A stretch of 64,000 nt of DNA from assembly GCF_963853765.1 (NCBI RefSeq), contig NC_088861.1:35526001-35590000 (forward strand), read 5' to 3'. Made by a program: the position numbers and the translations under genes. Source of the stretch: Magallana gigas. Taxonomy: Eukaryota. Shown piece after piece: positions 38,090 through 51,419 of the stretch; the stretch's first letter is position 1, and every line of letters begins with the position of its first letter. Below the pieces are notes generated by a model. That model made no database searches. It was not told where the DNA came from and worked only from the letters and a program-made list of their open reading frames with translations.

Positions 38090-39560
38090 GAACCACCAAA
38101 GTTTTCGGTGCACTGCACAGCCCTAATGACATCCGTTGCCTTTATAAACCCCCTCGGGCGTTTTGTAGCAATACGCGGTAAAGTCACTGAGTTTAATTCA
38201 GATAAAGGAACTAATTTTGTTGGGAGTACAGGTGCACTTAACATCAATGTAATTAACATAGAATCTCAAACCCTGAAGAAGTATATGGTGGAAAATGGCT
38301 CTACGTGGATACTCGGATCCGGGTTTTTTTCGCGTATAACAAAATTTGCGATTAAATAGTGTCTTATAGAAAATAATAAAGGATTTAATTTCTGCGTATT
38401 CACTATTTTTCGATTTTAAAGAGATCGCAAAAAGTGCGAAAATAAGATCATCGCGAAAATTACCGGATATATAGTATTTATCCCAAAATACGCATCCCAT
38501 TTTAGAGGGATATGGAAAAGGATCATTGGAACAGTGCACAGAATTCTTAATGCTATCATCATGGAGTCAACGAAACCACTTTCAAATGATGTTTTAAATA
38601 CATTTATATACAAAGTTTGTGCTATAATCAACAGACGATCATTAGCGAACGTGTCGGTAGATCCAACACAGCCATCAGTTCTTTCCCCTTAAGTGTTGCT
38701 GATACAAAAGATGGAACGTTTCAAGCACCTTTCCAGGTAAAGATGGACATGTTCAGAAAGTAGATCTACGCACCGTAAGAAACGGAACCTGTATTACTTG
38801 TGTGAAACCTATCACTGAGATAGTTCACCTGTTTACACCTTAAGAAGAGTGACATTATAGAACGTCAGGCGGGACGTGTAACGTCACCGGCATTAACGGT
38901 GCCGGCTGTTTTTGGATGATGTAGTACTCTTTAAGGGTTCTGACACCGTTAGATTCGAATTGCCATTGGCAGTTGTTCAACGTACCTTTCCAGATAAAGA
39001 TGGACATGTTCAGAAAGTAGATCTACGCACCGTAAGAAACGGAACCTGTATTACTTGTGTGAAACCTATCACTGACTGAGATAGTTCACCTGTTTACACC
39101 TTAAGAAGAGTGACATTATAGAACGCCAGGCGGGACGTGTAACGTCACCGGCATTAACGGTGCCGGCTGTTTTTGGGCTCTGCATTTACTTAATTCTAAT
39201 TACATCCGGTTTGCTGGGAGACATTTTTTCCCATGCGTCTGGGACGTACAAATCCATTTGACGATCCTCTGTAAAGCGTCTGGGACGCTTCATCATTTAT
39301 ATTTTTCGTGGTGCAAAGGCTCAACGATATATGCTTTTCTTATATCTATATATTTGTAATATTTTTCTGATTATTAATTTAAAACTTAATTCTAGATTTT
39401 TATAAAGTGTGTATGAAAGTGAAGTGTTTACTGATAAAATTTTCTAATTATATTAGGTATAGTAAGAATATCTTTATATTTCAATTGTTACGGTAAATCA
39501 TTCCTGCTATATAGGCTAAATAAAGAATGTAAAGGTGCTCGGCGTTTTACCCTGAACATA
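38090..39560 (+). mobile_element. BEL/Pao LTR retrotransposon 3' remnant (integrase, DUF5641-like region, probable 3' LTR)
   Basis: SVAFINPLGRFVAIRGKVTEFNSDKGTNFVG, ASHFRGIWKRIIGTV, VCAIINRRSL, DVVLFKGSD..LPLAVVQRTFPDKDGHVQKV. LTR-like start TGTAACG at 39138 after a purine-rich stretch; ~190-bp direct repeat 38727-38915 / 38984-39176. The LTR right end is tentative. Confidence 0.8.
38308..38477. mobile_element. Small TIR MITE inserted in the Pao integrase
   Basis: TACTCGGATCCGGGTTTTTTTTCGCG versus CGCGAAAATTACCGGATATATAGTA; the integrase motifs resume on either side. Confidence 0.6.
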
Positions 39561-40139
39561 GAAAAATGAGCCTGTGACAAAACAATATGTAACTGCCAAC
39601 TTTGCTATACTCCTACTCATTAAATGAAAAATTACGTTTCATATGTTTGTAAGTAAAAATTGCATCCGATTTCAAAACTTACACTAAAATACAATAAGCT
39701 GTATATTTTGACTTTCACATCCTTCATTTATTTTATCGATTTTGTACAATTAAAATTATATTCTTCACGCCGCTTTTAGGAAAAAAGAACCTTCTTCGAA
39801 ACATATTCTCATTTATCCCAAAACTTGCTTTTTGTATCTGCAACTGTCTTTGCCTAGTTTGTCTTACTCAACATCTAGAGTATTGCTTAGAGTAGTAAAA
39901 ACATTAAATTTGAAAGTGACTTCCTTGAATTTTTACAATAAAAAATGCTCATAAACAGCATTTTAGGAGCGCATATTTTGAATTCATTCAATTATCTTAA
40001 ACTTTGACATGCATCAGCAAACGAAATAAAAAAACTTAAAAAATATACATGTATACATTGTCACAAGATATTCTCGATTCACATTTTGCATAATTGCTTG
40101 ATATTTATAAATACCTGATGATTCAAACGATGTTCTTTT

Positions 40140-41215
40140 AAAGGTATGAAACATTGCATACGTTTTACTGGTCGCATCAAGTCTCCTCTGAATAGTGGAC
40201 ATGCACACTATTCAGACGCGACCGAACGCGATCCAAATTATCGCAGTGCAACTCACGAACATTAGTACGAACGTTTTACAATTTGTTGTGTACTCGCAAG
40301 AGTGATACACGATTTATAAAGATCGTAAGATAAATCGCTGGTGTTTTTGCGTCTGTTTTGCGACCGTGAGAATGTTGCCCAACGTGTCTCATGTAATCTT
40401 GCAACGTTTTACTTTCATTGCATGACTTATCAGCCTCAATATGCCATGCTTTGCTACTAGTATATATACCCTGTATAAATATTTCTGTTTCAGAACAAAA
40501 TTTATAATATACATTCATTGCATGATGGTGAGGGAACTACATGTATGAGGATTTATTCCCTCAAGAAAAATCATATTTCCCGAGAGCTTTGCCCGAGAGA
40601 AATTTGTTTTTTCTGGGGAATAAATCTTCATATTCTCTGAACATTAATGCAATAAACGTTTTATTAAACCAAGCAACATATGATTACCCAAAATAGGTTG
40701 ATTTCTAATAATGTTTGACTTTTCAACAGTCGCAACATCAACGTCGATTGTTCGATTTCCCATGTAACTGTCTCACTTTTTTTCTTAAATCATGGATAGT
40801 TAAGTTGGGTCTGAGATATAAAGAGAATCATAATAATGAAATATTTTTAATTTAATCATATTTGTCTACATCGTATGCTCATATCGGCTATTTTATTCCT
40901 ATGACATCGCCCTGTCACGTGACTTTCTAGACCAATCAGATATAATAGAATAATCATATTGAGGTATAATAATAAATGCGGCTGCATATCTGTATCTTCT
41001 TGGGCGTCATCTTTTCTCGCTTTCAACTATGTCTACTGAATATGGGCGGTGTTTATACCCCCTCTGACCCGCACGATCATTTGTACCATGGAACGCATGA
41101 TCGTTGTTAAACGTTCGTACTAACGATGACTTGGATCGCATTCGGTCGTGTCTGAATAGTGTACATGTCCACTATTCTTAGGAGACTTGATACGAGCACT
41201 AAAACGCATGCAACG
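40140..41215. mobile_element. Foldback-like element with ~130-bp imperfect TIRs
   Basis: 40150-40280 (ATCAAGTCTCC..GAATAGTGGACATG..TTCAGACGCGACCGAACGCGATCCAA..TTAGTACGAACGTTT) is the reverse complement of ~41100-41215. Confidence 0.75.
40545..40972 (-). mobile_element. Hairpin-ended non-autonomous element nested in the foldback element
   Basis: Minus-strand head TTATTATACCTC..ATCTGATTGGTC; imperfect palindrome ~40545-40632 centred on GAGCTTTGCCC. Confidence 0.6.
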
Positions 41216-41654
41216 AATTCATGAGCTCGTGCAACGTACGAGAGAGCTCGTGCGAATCCAAAAAAATCTGATCGCAAAGTGTTGTAAAGTGCTCGTGTGC
41301 CAATTGCAAAAGGGGCTTTAGCTTATCAGGTTTCAATAGAGTGCTAAAAATGTGATGTCCGCGGGGATTTTGTATTGCAGCAAGCCCGGATGATAACGCT
41401 GAAAAATTGTTTGATGTATTCCAAGTGTACTCCGAATCGAGAAAAGATGTAAACATTCCCCATTATAAATCTCCATTAGGAATCTGTTTTCGTTCCCGTA
41501 AATTTTTCCGAGTGAAAGATAATAATGTGGAAATGAAATTATCTTGGAAATTATCCCTTTCAACTATTTCAAATGCATTTCTTTCACAGGTATGTGTATT
41601 TTTATTGAAAATCGTTCAAATGTGCGGCATAAATATCTTTGGACAGACTTGAGT

Positions 41655-41990
41655 TGTTCGATTTTCATTCCTGAGTTGATATGCGTAAGTGGATGGGGCT
41701 TTATATATTTCGCACACCATGTAATGGTTCAATCGATATTTAATATTTTTTTTCCTGTCGGTTTCAAGATAGGCATTTCAAAATACTGATCAAACGTATA
41801 CATTAAACATTATCAAAGACAAATATCGATTGTCATTCCTGGGTTGATGATTGGACGGGGCTTTATATATCTCGCCAATCGTGTAATGGTACAGTTCAAT
41901 CGATATTTAATATTTTCCCCTATCGGTTGCAGGCAAGGCATTTCAAAATACTGATCAATCTTATACATGAAACATTATTAAAGAAAAATA
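41655..41990 (+). repeat. Diverged ~170-bp tandem dimer
   Basis: CATTCCTG(A/G)GTTGAT..GGGGCTTTATATAT..TTCAATCGATATTTAATATTTT..GGCATTTCAAAATACTGATCAA occurs twice. Confidence 0.8.
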
Positions 41991-43909
41991 CAAAGAAAAC
42001 AACAGATAATTGAAAAACATGTCATTGTTTTTACATTGAGATTGCAATTACATTTTACTTTCGGTTTGTTTGATTAGTATAGAGTGCTCTGTTTATGCAC
42101 AACTAATGTTTGTTTGTATCGGACATATATTTATATAAAAAAAAATCTAAACATACATCTCGAAACATGTCTTCTGATATTGCTTGAAATTATTAATGTA
42201 CAGATCCACAAATCAACTGCGAATACATGACTAACACGAACCAAGTGTGATATGAAACGTGCCTATAGTGGTTAAGAGGTAATTGGCATTGACTGGTTGG
42301 ACATTTTATGCAGATTTTTAACTGTAAATATATATAGAATTTAAATAGATAAAACCCACAGGCGAAATAACCTACGGGGACAAAGTGCAGTGTTTTACTG
42401 ATCAATATTTTACTTCATCTGTTGTACGATCTCCTTTTACTACAAACTGTTTTTCATAGACAATACACAATCAAACCAAGAAGCTGCTTGGTCTGGGTTT
42501 TTTGTGTTTTGTTGTTGTTGTTGTTGATTTTTTTAAACTTGTTTCTTTGGGGTTTTTTTGTTTTTTGTTTTGTGTAAGGTTTTTATTGTTATTGTTTTCG
42601 TTGTTGTTGTTGTTGTCTTTTTGTTTTGTATTGTATTATTTCGTTTTTGTTTTGTTTTGTTGTTGTTGTTTTTTTTTGTTTTTTTTTTTTGGTTTTTTTT
42701 TTTTTGGGGGGGGGGGTATTTTTACGTATACGGTATCAAATACGTTTCCACACAATCAAACTATCTAAGTAAATGGCATGCAATTAAAATTCACAAACAA
42801 ATTCGATAATGATAAATGAATAAGATAATGACGTCATAACAGCGAGCACAGCTTGTCGGTGTAAAGAAGAAATATGATTCTACGTGGAGGAAAATAATAA
42901 GAAATGATACTGAAACCTTAAATTTACAAGGGGTCATTATTCTACATGGGACAATTTTCTTCATGTAGAGTGTGCTCATTGTTTTGTAAATCAGTTAAAA
43001 GAAAGTAACAGAAATTATAATTTATATTCAATGAACTAAAAGTGAAAGAAGGAGTATATTTTAGAAATAAAAGATCCTTCCGTTAAAACAATTTTTAAGA
43101 TACTGACATATTGTACCGAAGAATAATTCTCATCTTAACTAGTAACATGTCATGTATTTCTTTATTATGAGTTAAACCACATGAAAATGTTTTTGTGATA
43201 CAAGGCACTAAATAACAAGATTTTGTTTAATGACGATGAAAGAGTAGACTCCCTATTGTTTATGAATTATATTCGCATTGACTTTTATAATTTTCCCCAC
43301 ATATAAGTTTTGGGTATGCAAGTACAGCACACATAATTAATGATTAAACCAAAATTATGAAAAGTTCATTCCATTGTTATGAATTATTACTCAAATGATC
43401 AATCTCTCAAATCGTAAGCTCTAAAATAACTTGTCCTCAGTCAAAGCAATAAATATTTGATCAGTGTTTATTATCTATTTAAGATATATTACTTTAGCCA
43501 AGAACTCTTAACACAATTGCTTTTTTAAATTCATGATCAGCGAATACAAGAATACAACAAATGATAATTAAATATTAATTATTACACAATCTCTTCTTTA
43601 TCTAAACAATAGTATTTTAGTAATTAACATCATACATGTTACAGCAACAGTACAAAACAGATTGAGAAATAAACCAAAAGACTTATGTCAATCTCGCTTT
43701 CGCTACTTTAAAAATGAGAGGTCAATAAATCATACATCCTTAACATTGATAAAGAGAAATGTAGTGGAAAGGAAAAAGAAAATAAAAGGCGAGAAAAGAA
43801 TAGCAGAAATTAAGTATTGAGACATTGAGAGAATTGTAACAAAACAATATAAAATAATCTATACTAAACGACTAAAGATACTTAATATTAATATTGAAAC
43901 ATTATGTTG

Positions 43910-44091
43910 NNNNNNNNNNNNNNNNNNNNNNNNNNNNNNNNNNNNNNNNNNNNNNNNNNNNNNNNNNNNNNNNNNNNNNNNNNNNNNNNNNNNNNNNNNN
44001 NNNNNNNNNNNNNNNNNNNNNNNNNNNNNNNNNNNNNNNNNNNNNNNNNNNNNNNNNNNNNNNNNNNNNNNNNNNNNNNNNNNNNNNNNNN
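43910..44091. other. Assembly gap (182 N)
   Basis: N run. Confidence 1.
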
Positions 44092-44249
44092 ACAGGTTTT
44101 ATACTTAGTACAACTATACTGTGCATACAAATATGATATTTAATGTAACACAATAGTTAGAGTAAAACAACATGTGAATCCAGAACTTTTGTTGTGAATT
44201 ACAATGTGATTATAGGACGGGTACAGTCATGTATGATGTTAATCCAACT

Positions 44250-44700
44250 CAGATACAGTCATCAGGCACAGATACAATTGTATATGTTGTAAATCAAGCA
44301 CATATTTAATTGTGTAAGTTGTAAATCAGGCACATATACAGTTGTGTATGTTGTAAATCAGGCACATTTTAAATTGCGTATATTGTAAATCAGGCACACG
44401 TGCAATCGTTTATGTTGTAAATCAGGCACAGGTAAAATTGTGTATGTTGTAAACCAGATACATGTGCAGTTGTGTATGTTGTTAATCAGGTACAGGTGAA
44501 GTTGTGTATGTTTTTAATCAGGTACATGTACAATTGTGTATGTTGTAAATCAGGCACAGGTGCAATTGTGTATGTTGTCAATCAGGCACAGGTGCAATTG
44601 TGTATGTTGTCAATCAGGCACAGGTGCAATTGTGTATGTTGTCAATCAGGCACAGGTGCAATTGTGTATGTTGTCAATCAGGCACAAATGCAGTCATGGA
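44250..44700 (+). repeat. 32-bp minisatellite (TGTGTATGTTGTCAATCAGGCACAGGTGCAAT), about 14 degenerate copies
   Basis: Direct reading. Confidence 0.9.
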
Positions 44701-44866
44701 TGTTGTTATTCTAACACTAGTAGATTTATGTATGTAGCTTATCTGGCATGTATCTATATACAGTGAAGGATATAGTTGTTCAGAAATAAATTTATTTACA
44801 CATGGTACCTATCTTTCATTTAATTATTATCCATACTTATGAATATATTTATTATAATAAGATAAG

Positions 44867-46834
44867 ATACGGTTCCGGAGAAAAGTCATGTGTGATACAC
44901 TGTGACAATTGTGCAGGTAAAGCACGCACCGACAATAAACAGGATGACATGAACTACCGTATATCAGGTTTTTTCTGCGTCATGTACATGTTTTTTCCGC
45001 GATATAGAACCTAGAACGGTATATAAAATTAACGCAAATCAAATTTTCACTATTTCAAAGTCATAGAGAAAATTTAATTCAAGATTGTTTAAACCTGTGA
45101 AATAAGAGGGTAAAAGTGTCTAAATTACCGCTCTTTATAATGAAAAATTCAGACTATTAAACCATTTACACGATTTTCTTAATGTTAAATAATTATCGAT
45201 AATTATTTTCAGAGACGTACGCAGTCATAGAGAAATAGATCATGTACCGTTACATATACCAGTAGCTCAAGCATAATTAGACATCAGTTTACGCAAGAAA
45301 AGAGACCTTTTTAATTATCTTGTCAAATTATTAAATAAACTACGAGGCTTACAAACCTGTTATCTGCCGCTTGTCCTCCGATCCCTCAATTTCTACTATA
45401 AACTTAATGAAAACAGTTCATTGTACTCTTACATACCTGTTTACCTCATAAGGAAAGAAAAAGCTTTATTATAAAAACAAAACTTTGTTTCAAATTTACG
45501 CTGATATAATTTCCGCGATTCAGAAATCGTCGCGAACAAAGCGGAAATTGGATACACGCGGAAAAAAACCTGATATACGGTATTATTTGTCGTTTGGTAT
45601 CAAACATTAATATTTTCTTTTTTTTAGGTGAAAACAAAAACAGATATGTTCTGGGATATCTGATGTGGCGAACTCTCATGGGCTTGCATCACGATATTCA
45701 GCTGTCAATGCAGGTTCCATACCATGGCCGATGTCTTGTTGATGCCGGATTTGCTAACATAAAGCGGCTGTACCACAGGACGGATGTAGATAGCCTTTCC
45801 GGTCTTGTTGAGGTGGTTAGGAAAAGCGCCAGATCAAACTCTCCCGTTACCTACATCAACGACGCTGGAGAACACAGCTGGGAGTGGTATGATTGGAAGT
45901 CGTTTACCAGCACGTTCTTCACAAATGTGAAAGGCATCCGGAAAATGCGACATTTTAGATTTTCATCATTATCACCGGGTATGTATTTAGTTACATGTAT
46001 GTAAAACATATAATTCCTCGGATTGACAGACTATTTATGTATCTTGAAGTTTATATATATTTCTTTTTAATCAATATCAATACAGTCAATTAAATTGTAA
46101 AAAAAAATACATGTATAATGTCTGTATCTTCACTGTGAGAGGTACATGTACTGAAATAAATTTATTCTTTTTTATACAGGAAAACTGTTCGTCAAAAGTC
46201 ACGCCGATGACAGTGAACGAGAAATCACGCTTCTGAAATCCAGTATCAGTCCGGAAGACATAACAACAGGGTCAGTGATGCCCGACATTTTACCTCCCGG
46301 CGGGATGACCTCAGACAGGCAACGTTATCTGTTCCGTGTTGTTCGCCCTTTTGTACGAGATCCTTTTAAGGACACTACCTGTCCAGAGGCTGAAGAGTGA
46401 TGAAGATGATGATAAAATGAACGGTTTTAAATGCAAACATAATGTATTGTTAGGATTCATTTAATGACATTGAAAGTGTATTTATTTTCGTTTTCCAACA
46501 CGTTTGAATTTTGTTTTATTGAATACTAACATTTTAAACATTTGAAAATGTCAATTAGTTTAGTGAAATATATTTCTTCAGGACAAGAAATGCCATTGTT
46601 TTATTTTTGATGACGTTCTTATGACATTGATATTCTATGACGTTATGCAACGTTTTTATGACGTTATCTTGCATTAGTTAGTGCATTTCAAATGCATTTT
46701 ATCTAGTCTTAAACTGAGTATTTGATTAAACATTTGGCATCAAAATACTCAGAAAGACGTGCTTATTAATAAACCAGCAAAAATCCATTTTCCAAAATTT
46801 TGTCACGAAGGTCCCTTTTCGCTTGACGCAATTC
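44867..46834 (+). mobile_element. Sola-like DNA transposon 3' part with an intron-containing transposase and a candidate right TIR
   Basis: Exons ~44867-44916, 45628-45978, 46180-46400 splice in frame: YGSGEKSCVIHCDNCAGENKN..HGRCLVDAGF..WYDW..GIRKMRHFRF..RQRYLF..VRPFV..D..CP*. Candidate end CTTGACGCAATTC|ATAT at 46834 (AWWT-type flank). Confidence 0.7.
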
Positions 46835-47124
46835 ATATATTGTAAAATCTGACTTTGATAAAAATGCGTGGGTAACATGTGTTAATCTGACAGACTTGAA
46901 CCGTATAGGTGTCGTTTTAAAAAATTGGGTTATCTCTCTTTGGTCAATTTTTTTTGAGTCAATGTACGAAATGATGGTAAAATTATACTTTGTTTCATCA
47001 AATAGGTCAAAACCTCTATACGCATCCAGATAACATGTGATGGTCGAGTCGACCCGACATCAGGTGGATCCGCCTTCAATGTTAAACAGTCAGCTCTCAG
47101 TCTTTGTCTGGAAACTACGCTGCA

Positions 47125-49775
47125 ACACAATGTCTATACAGACATGTACATGTTATACAATGTCTATACAGCCATGTATATGTTACACAATGTCTATACA
47201 GGCATGTATATGTTACACAATGTCTATACAGGCATGTATATGTTAAACAATGTCTATACAGCCATGTATATGTTACACAATGTCTTTACAGGCATGTATA
47301 TGTCACACAATGTCTATACAGCCATGTATATGTTACACAATGTCTATACAGGCATGTATATGTTACTCATTGTCCATACAGTCATGTATATGTTACACAA
47401 TGTCTATACAGGCATGTATATGTTACACAACGTCTATACAGGCATGTATATGTTACACAATGTCTATACAGACACGTATATGTTACACAATGTCTATACA
47501 GGCATGTATATGTTACTCATTGTCCATACAGTCATGTATATGTTACACAATGTCCATACAGGCACGTATATGTTACACAATGTCTATACAGTCATGTATA
47601 TGTTACACAATGTCTATACTGTCATGTACATGTTACACAGTGTCTATACAGTCATGTATATGTTACACAATGTCTATACAGACATGACTATGTTACACAA
47701 TGTCTATACAGGCATGTATATGTTACACAATGTCTATACTGTCATGTGTATGTTACACAATGTCCTAACAGTCATGTATATGTCACATAATGTCTATACA
47801 GACATGACTATGTTACACAATGTCTATACAGGCATGTATATGTTACACAATGTCTATACAGGCATTTATATGTTACACAATGTCTATACAGACACGTATA
47901 TGTTACACAATGTCTATACAGTCATGTATATGTTACACAATGTCTATACAGGCATGTAAATGTTACACAGTGTCTATACAGTCATGTATATGTTACACAA
48001 TGTCTATACAGACATGACTATGTTACACAATGTCTATACAGGCATGTATATGTTACACAATGTCTATACAGGCATGTATATGTTACACAATGTCTATACA
48101 GACACGTATATGTCACACAATGTCTATACGGTCATGTATATGTTACACAATGTCTATACTGTCATGTACATGTTACACAGTGTCTATACAGTCATGTATA
48201 TGTTACACAATGTCTATACAGACATGACTATGTTACACAATGTCTATACAGGCATGTATATGTTACACAATGTCTATACTGTCATGTGTATGTTACACAA
48301 TGTCCTAACAGTCATGTATATGTCACATAATGTCTATACAGACATGACTATGTTACACAATGTCTATACAGGCATGTATATGTTACACAATGTCTATACA
48401 GGCATGTATATGTTACACAATGTCTATACAGACACGTATATGTTACACAATGTCTATACAGTCATGTATATGTTAAACAATGTCTATACAGGCATGTACA
48501 TGTTACACAGTGTCTATACAGTCATGTATATGTTACACAATGTCTATACAGGCATGTATATGTTACACAATGTCTTTACAGGCATGTATATGTTACACAA
48601 TGTCTATACAGACACGTATATGTTACACAATGTCTATACAGTCATGTATATGTTACACAATGTCCATACTGTCATGTATATGTTACACAATGTCTATACA
48701 GCCATGTACATGTTACACAGTGTCTATACAGTCATGTATATGTTACACAATGTCTATACAGACATGACTATGTTACACAATGTCTATACAGGCATGTATA
48801 TGTTACACAATGTCTATACTGTCATGTGTATGTTACACAATGTCCTAACAGTCATGTATATGTCACATAATGTCTATACAGACATGACTATGTTACACAA
48901 TGTCTATACAGGCATGTTTATGTCACATAATGTCTATACAGACATGACTATGTTACACAATGTCTATACAGGCATGTATATGTTACACAATGTCTATACA
49001 GGCATGTATATGTTACACAATGTCTTTACAGGCACGTATATGTTACACAATGTCTATACAGGCATGTATATGTTACACAATGTCTATACAGGCATGTATA
49101 TGTTACACATTGTCTATACAGGCATGTATATGTTACACAATGTCCTAACAGCCATGTATATGTTACACAATGTCTATACAGTCATTTATATGTTACACAA
49201 TGTCCTAACAGCCATGTTTATGTTACACAATGTCTATACAGGCATGTATATGTTACACAATGTCTATACAGGCATGTATATGTTACACAATGTCTATACA
49301 GGCATGTATATGTTACACAGTGTCTATACAGGCATGTATATGTTACACAATGTCTATACAGGCATGTATATGTTATACAATGTCTTTACAGGCATGTATA
49401 TGTTATACAATGTCTTTACAGGCATGTATATGTTACACAATGTCTTTACAGGCACGTATATGTTACACAATGTCTATACAGGCATGTATATGTTACACAA
49501 TGTCTATACAGGCATGTATATGTTACACAATGTCTATACAGGCATGTATATGTTATACAATGTCTTTACAGGCATGTATATGTTACACAATGTCTATACA
49601 GGCATGTATATGTTACACAATGTCTATACAGGCACGTATATGTTACACAATGTCTATACAGCCATGTATATGTTACACAATGTCTATACAGGCATGTATA
49701 TGTTACACAATGTCTATAAAGTCATGTACACTGTATATGTTACACAATGTCTATACAGTCATGTACATGTACTGT
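47125..49775 (+). repeat. 30-bp minisatellite (ACAATGTCTATACAGGCATGTATATGTTAC), about 88 copies
   Basis: Phase is held over 2.6 kb; variant blocks recur every 540 bp. Confidence 0.98.
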
Positions 49776-51049
49776 ACACGTAGTACTACACATACATTGT
49801 CTAAGTATTGCACTTTTAAGCGAATCTCACGCTACCTCCAATACCACACAAAAGCCTTTAAGACTCTCTTCTTTGTTCTGATGTTCCAGAAGTTGCCATT
49901 TATCATTGCCTGTAAAGTTTCCTGACAACTCGCAATACCCTCTACATGATGTTCAAAGGCCCCGCCATTCAGTCAACTAAAAGATGATTGAAGACTGAAA
50001 GATTATAACTAAAAAGTGACAGCTAGAATGGCATAGCTCTGCTGTTCAGTCACATTTCCTGACCATTCAGTTAACATTCAGCTGACTGAATGACAGAGAT
50101 TCATCCTGTGGTGCAAATCTACGGCACACTACTTCTACAAGAGGACACCCTATCATCCATTCTCATTGCTGACCATCCGCGATCATTCAACCCTAACCCG
50201 TGGCTTATTTCATTGTGTCCCGTCAAGACATTACAAGCATTAAAAAGCAGTGTTGCTACTGAAAAAATGCCTTACCCTAAAGTGTTATCAACGTTAACTT
50301 TTTTGAGATGGACTAATGTAGATAAAAAAAAATGATAAGACTGCATGGACTGGCGACAGATTTTTTTTTTACTCATCCGTCTCTGTTATTTTCTTTTAAT
50401 GATAAGTGCTACAAGTACATGTAGCATATCACCTACTTCAACAAACCCCCTCCCTGGGTAGGGCTACACTGATTCATATTAACTTTTACATATACCAGTA
50501 AGTATTTTTTCCTCTATTTCATGAGAAATTCAAATGTTTTTTTTTTTTGATTTTGAAACTGACAAGACTTAAATCAAAACGACAAAGGTCTTACCAGTTG
50601 AAAAACGATCTGCCCGAGTTGATTAAGAATAAACGCATTTTTAAGATTTTTAAAAATTATTTTGAAATGCAATGGTATAGCTGATTATAAATTAAATTTA
50701 ATTCTAATATCTTTATAAAATCAATACATGTACAAAGGAAGTAAAGCATTTTTAAAAACCAATAAAATGCTTTGGTGATTCATATAGGATATGAACGTTA
50801 AACCATGCAGATAAAATACATAACCCTCGTTAACTTTTACTTGCTTTTTACATAAAGTTCATTAATTTGATAAAAGAAAAGAAATTAAGATGTAAATATA
50901 AACAATAAAATGTTTTTGTTATAATTCATGCAGGTCATGAAGAAAGCAATCATTGCAGAAAAGATCTTCATAACCCGCTAACGCTTATAATTCGAACACT
51001 AAACATTTAATGATTTCTTAAGAGATTTAAAACAGTTATAATCGAATAA

Positions 51050-51419
51050 TTTAATTCTGGTTGTAACACGGAATTTGATTGGATAGAAAAAAATGGTTAA
51101 ATTTGTATAACCTGGTTTGCACGTCACAAGACACGTTACAATGCACCAACGTCAAAAACTTACTAATCCGCTTGACGTTACATTTAATTTTGAATAGATT
51201 AATATCATTTTTTAAAGTAAATCGGACTTAATTTGTACAGCAAGTTACAGAGAAATAAATTATAAGGAATGAACTCAATGTCTACCCAAGTTATGCTCGT
51301 ATAACCTGGGTTAGAGCAATTGACGCTTTTTTATAATCCGATTCGCGGATTATAAAGCGTAAATTGCCCCAACCCAGGTTATGCTCGTATAATTAGGTAG
51401 ACCTTGAGTTCATTTCTTA
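51050..51419 (+). mobile_element. Hairpin-ended non-autonomous element
   Basis: Head with TTGATTGGAT near 51075; imperfect palindrome 51263-51419 centred on ATAATCCGATTCGCGGATTAT. Confidence 0.7.

Noticed and set aside
43888-44153. X-filled ORFs here and at 57006-57244 and 60108-60572
   Set aside because: They span assembly gaps.
44472-44766. Repetitive 76-80-aa ORFs
   Set aside because: Translations of the 32-bp minisatellite.
47125-49775. CRISPR-like array
   Set aside because: Head-to-tail units without unique spacers, a eukaryotic context and no cas genes.
47104-49925. Long ORFs (228, 271, 607, 231 aa) of MYMLHNVYTG / MSIQACICYT repeats
   Set aside because: They are translations of a 30-bp minisatellite open in several frames at once, with no splice or start context.
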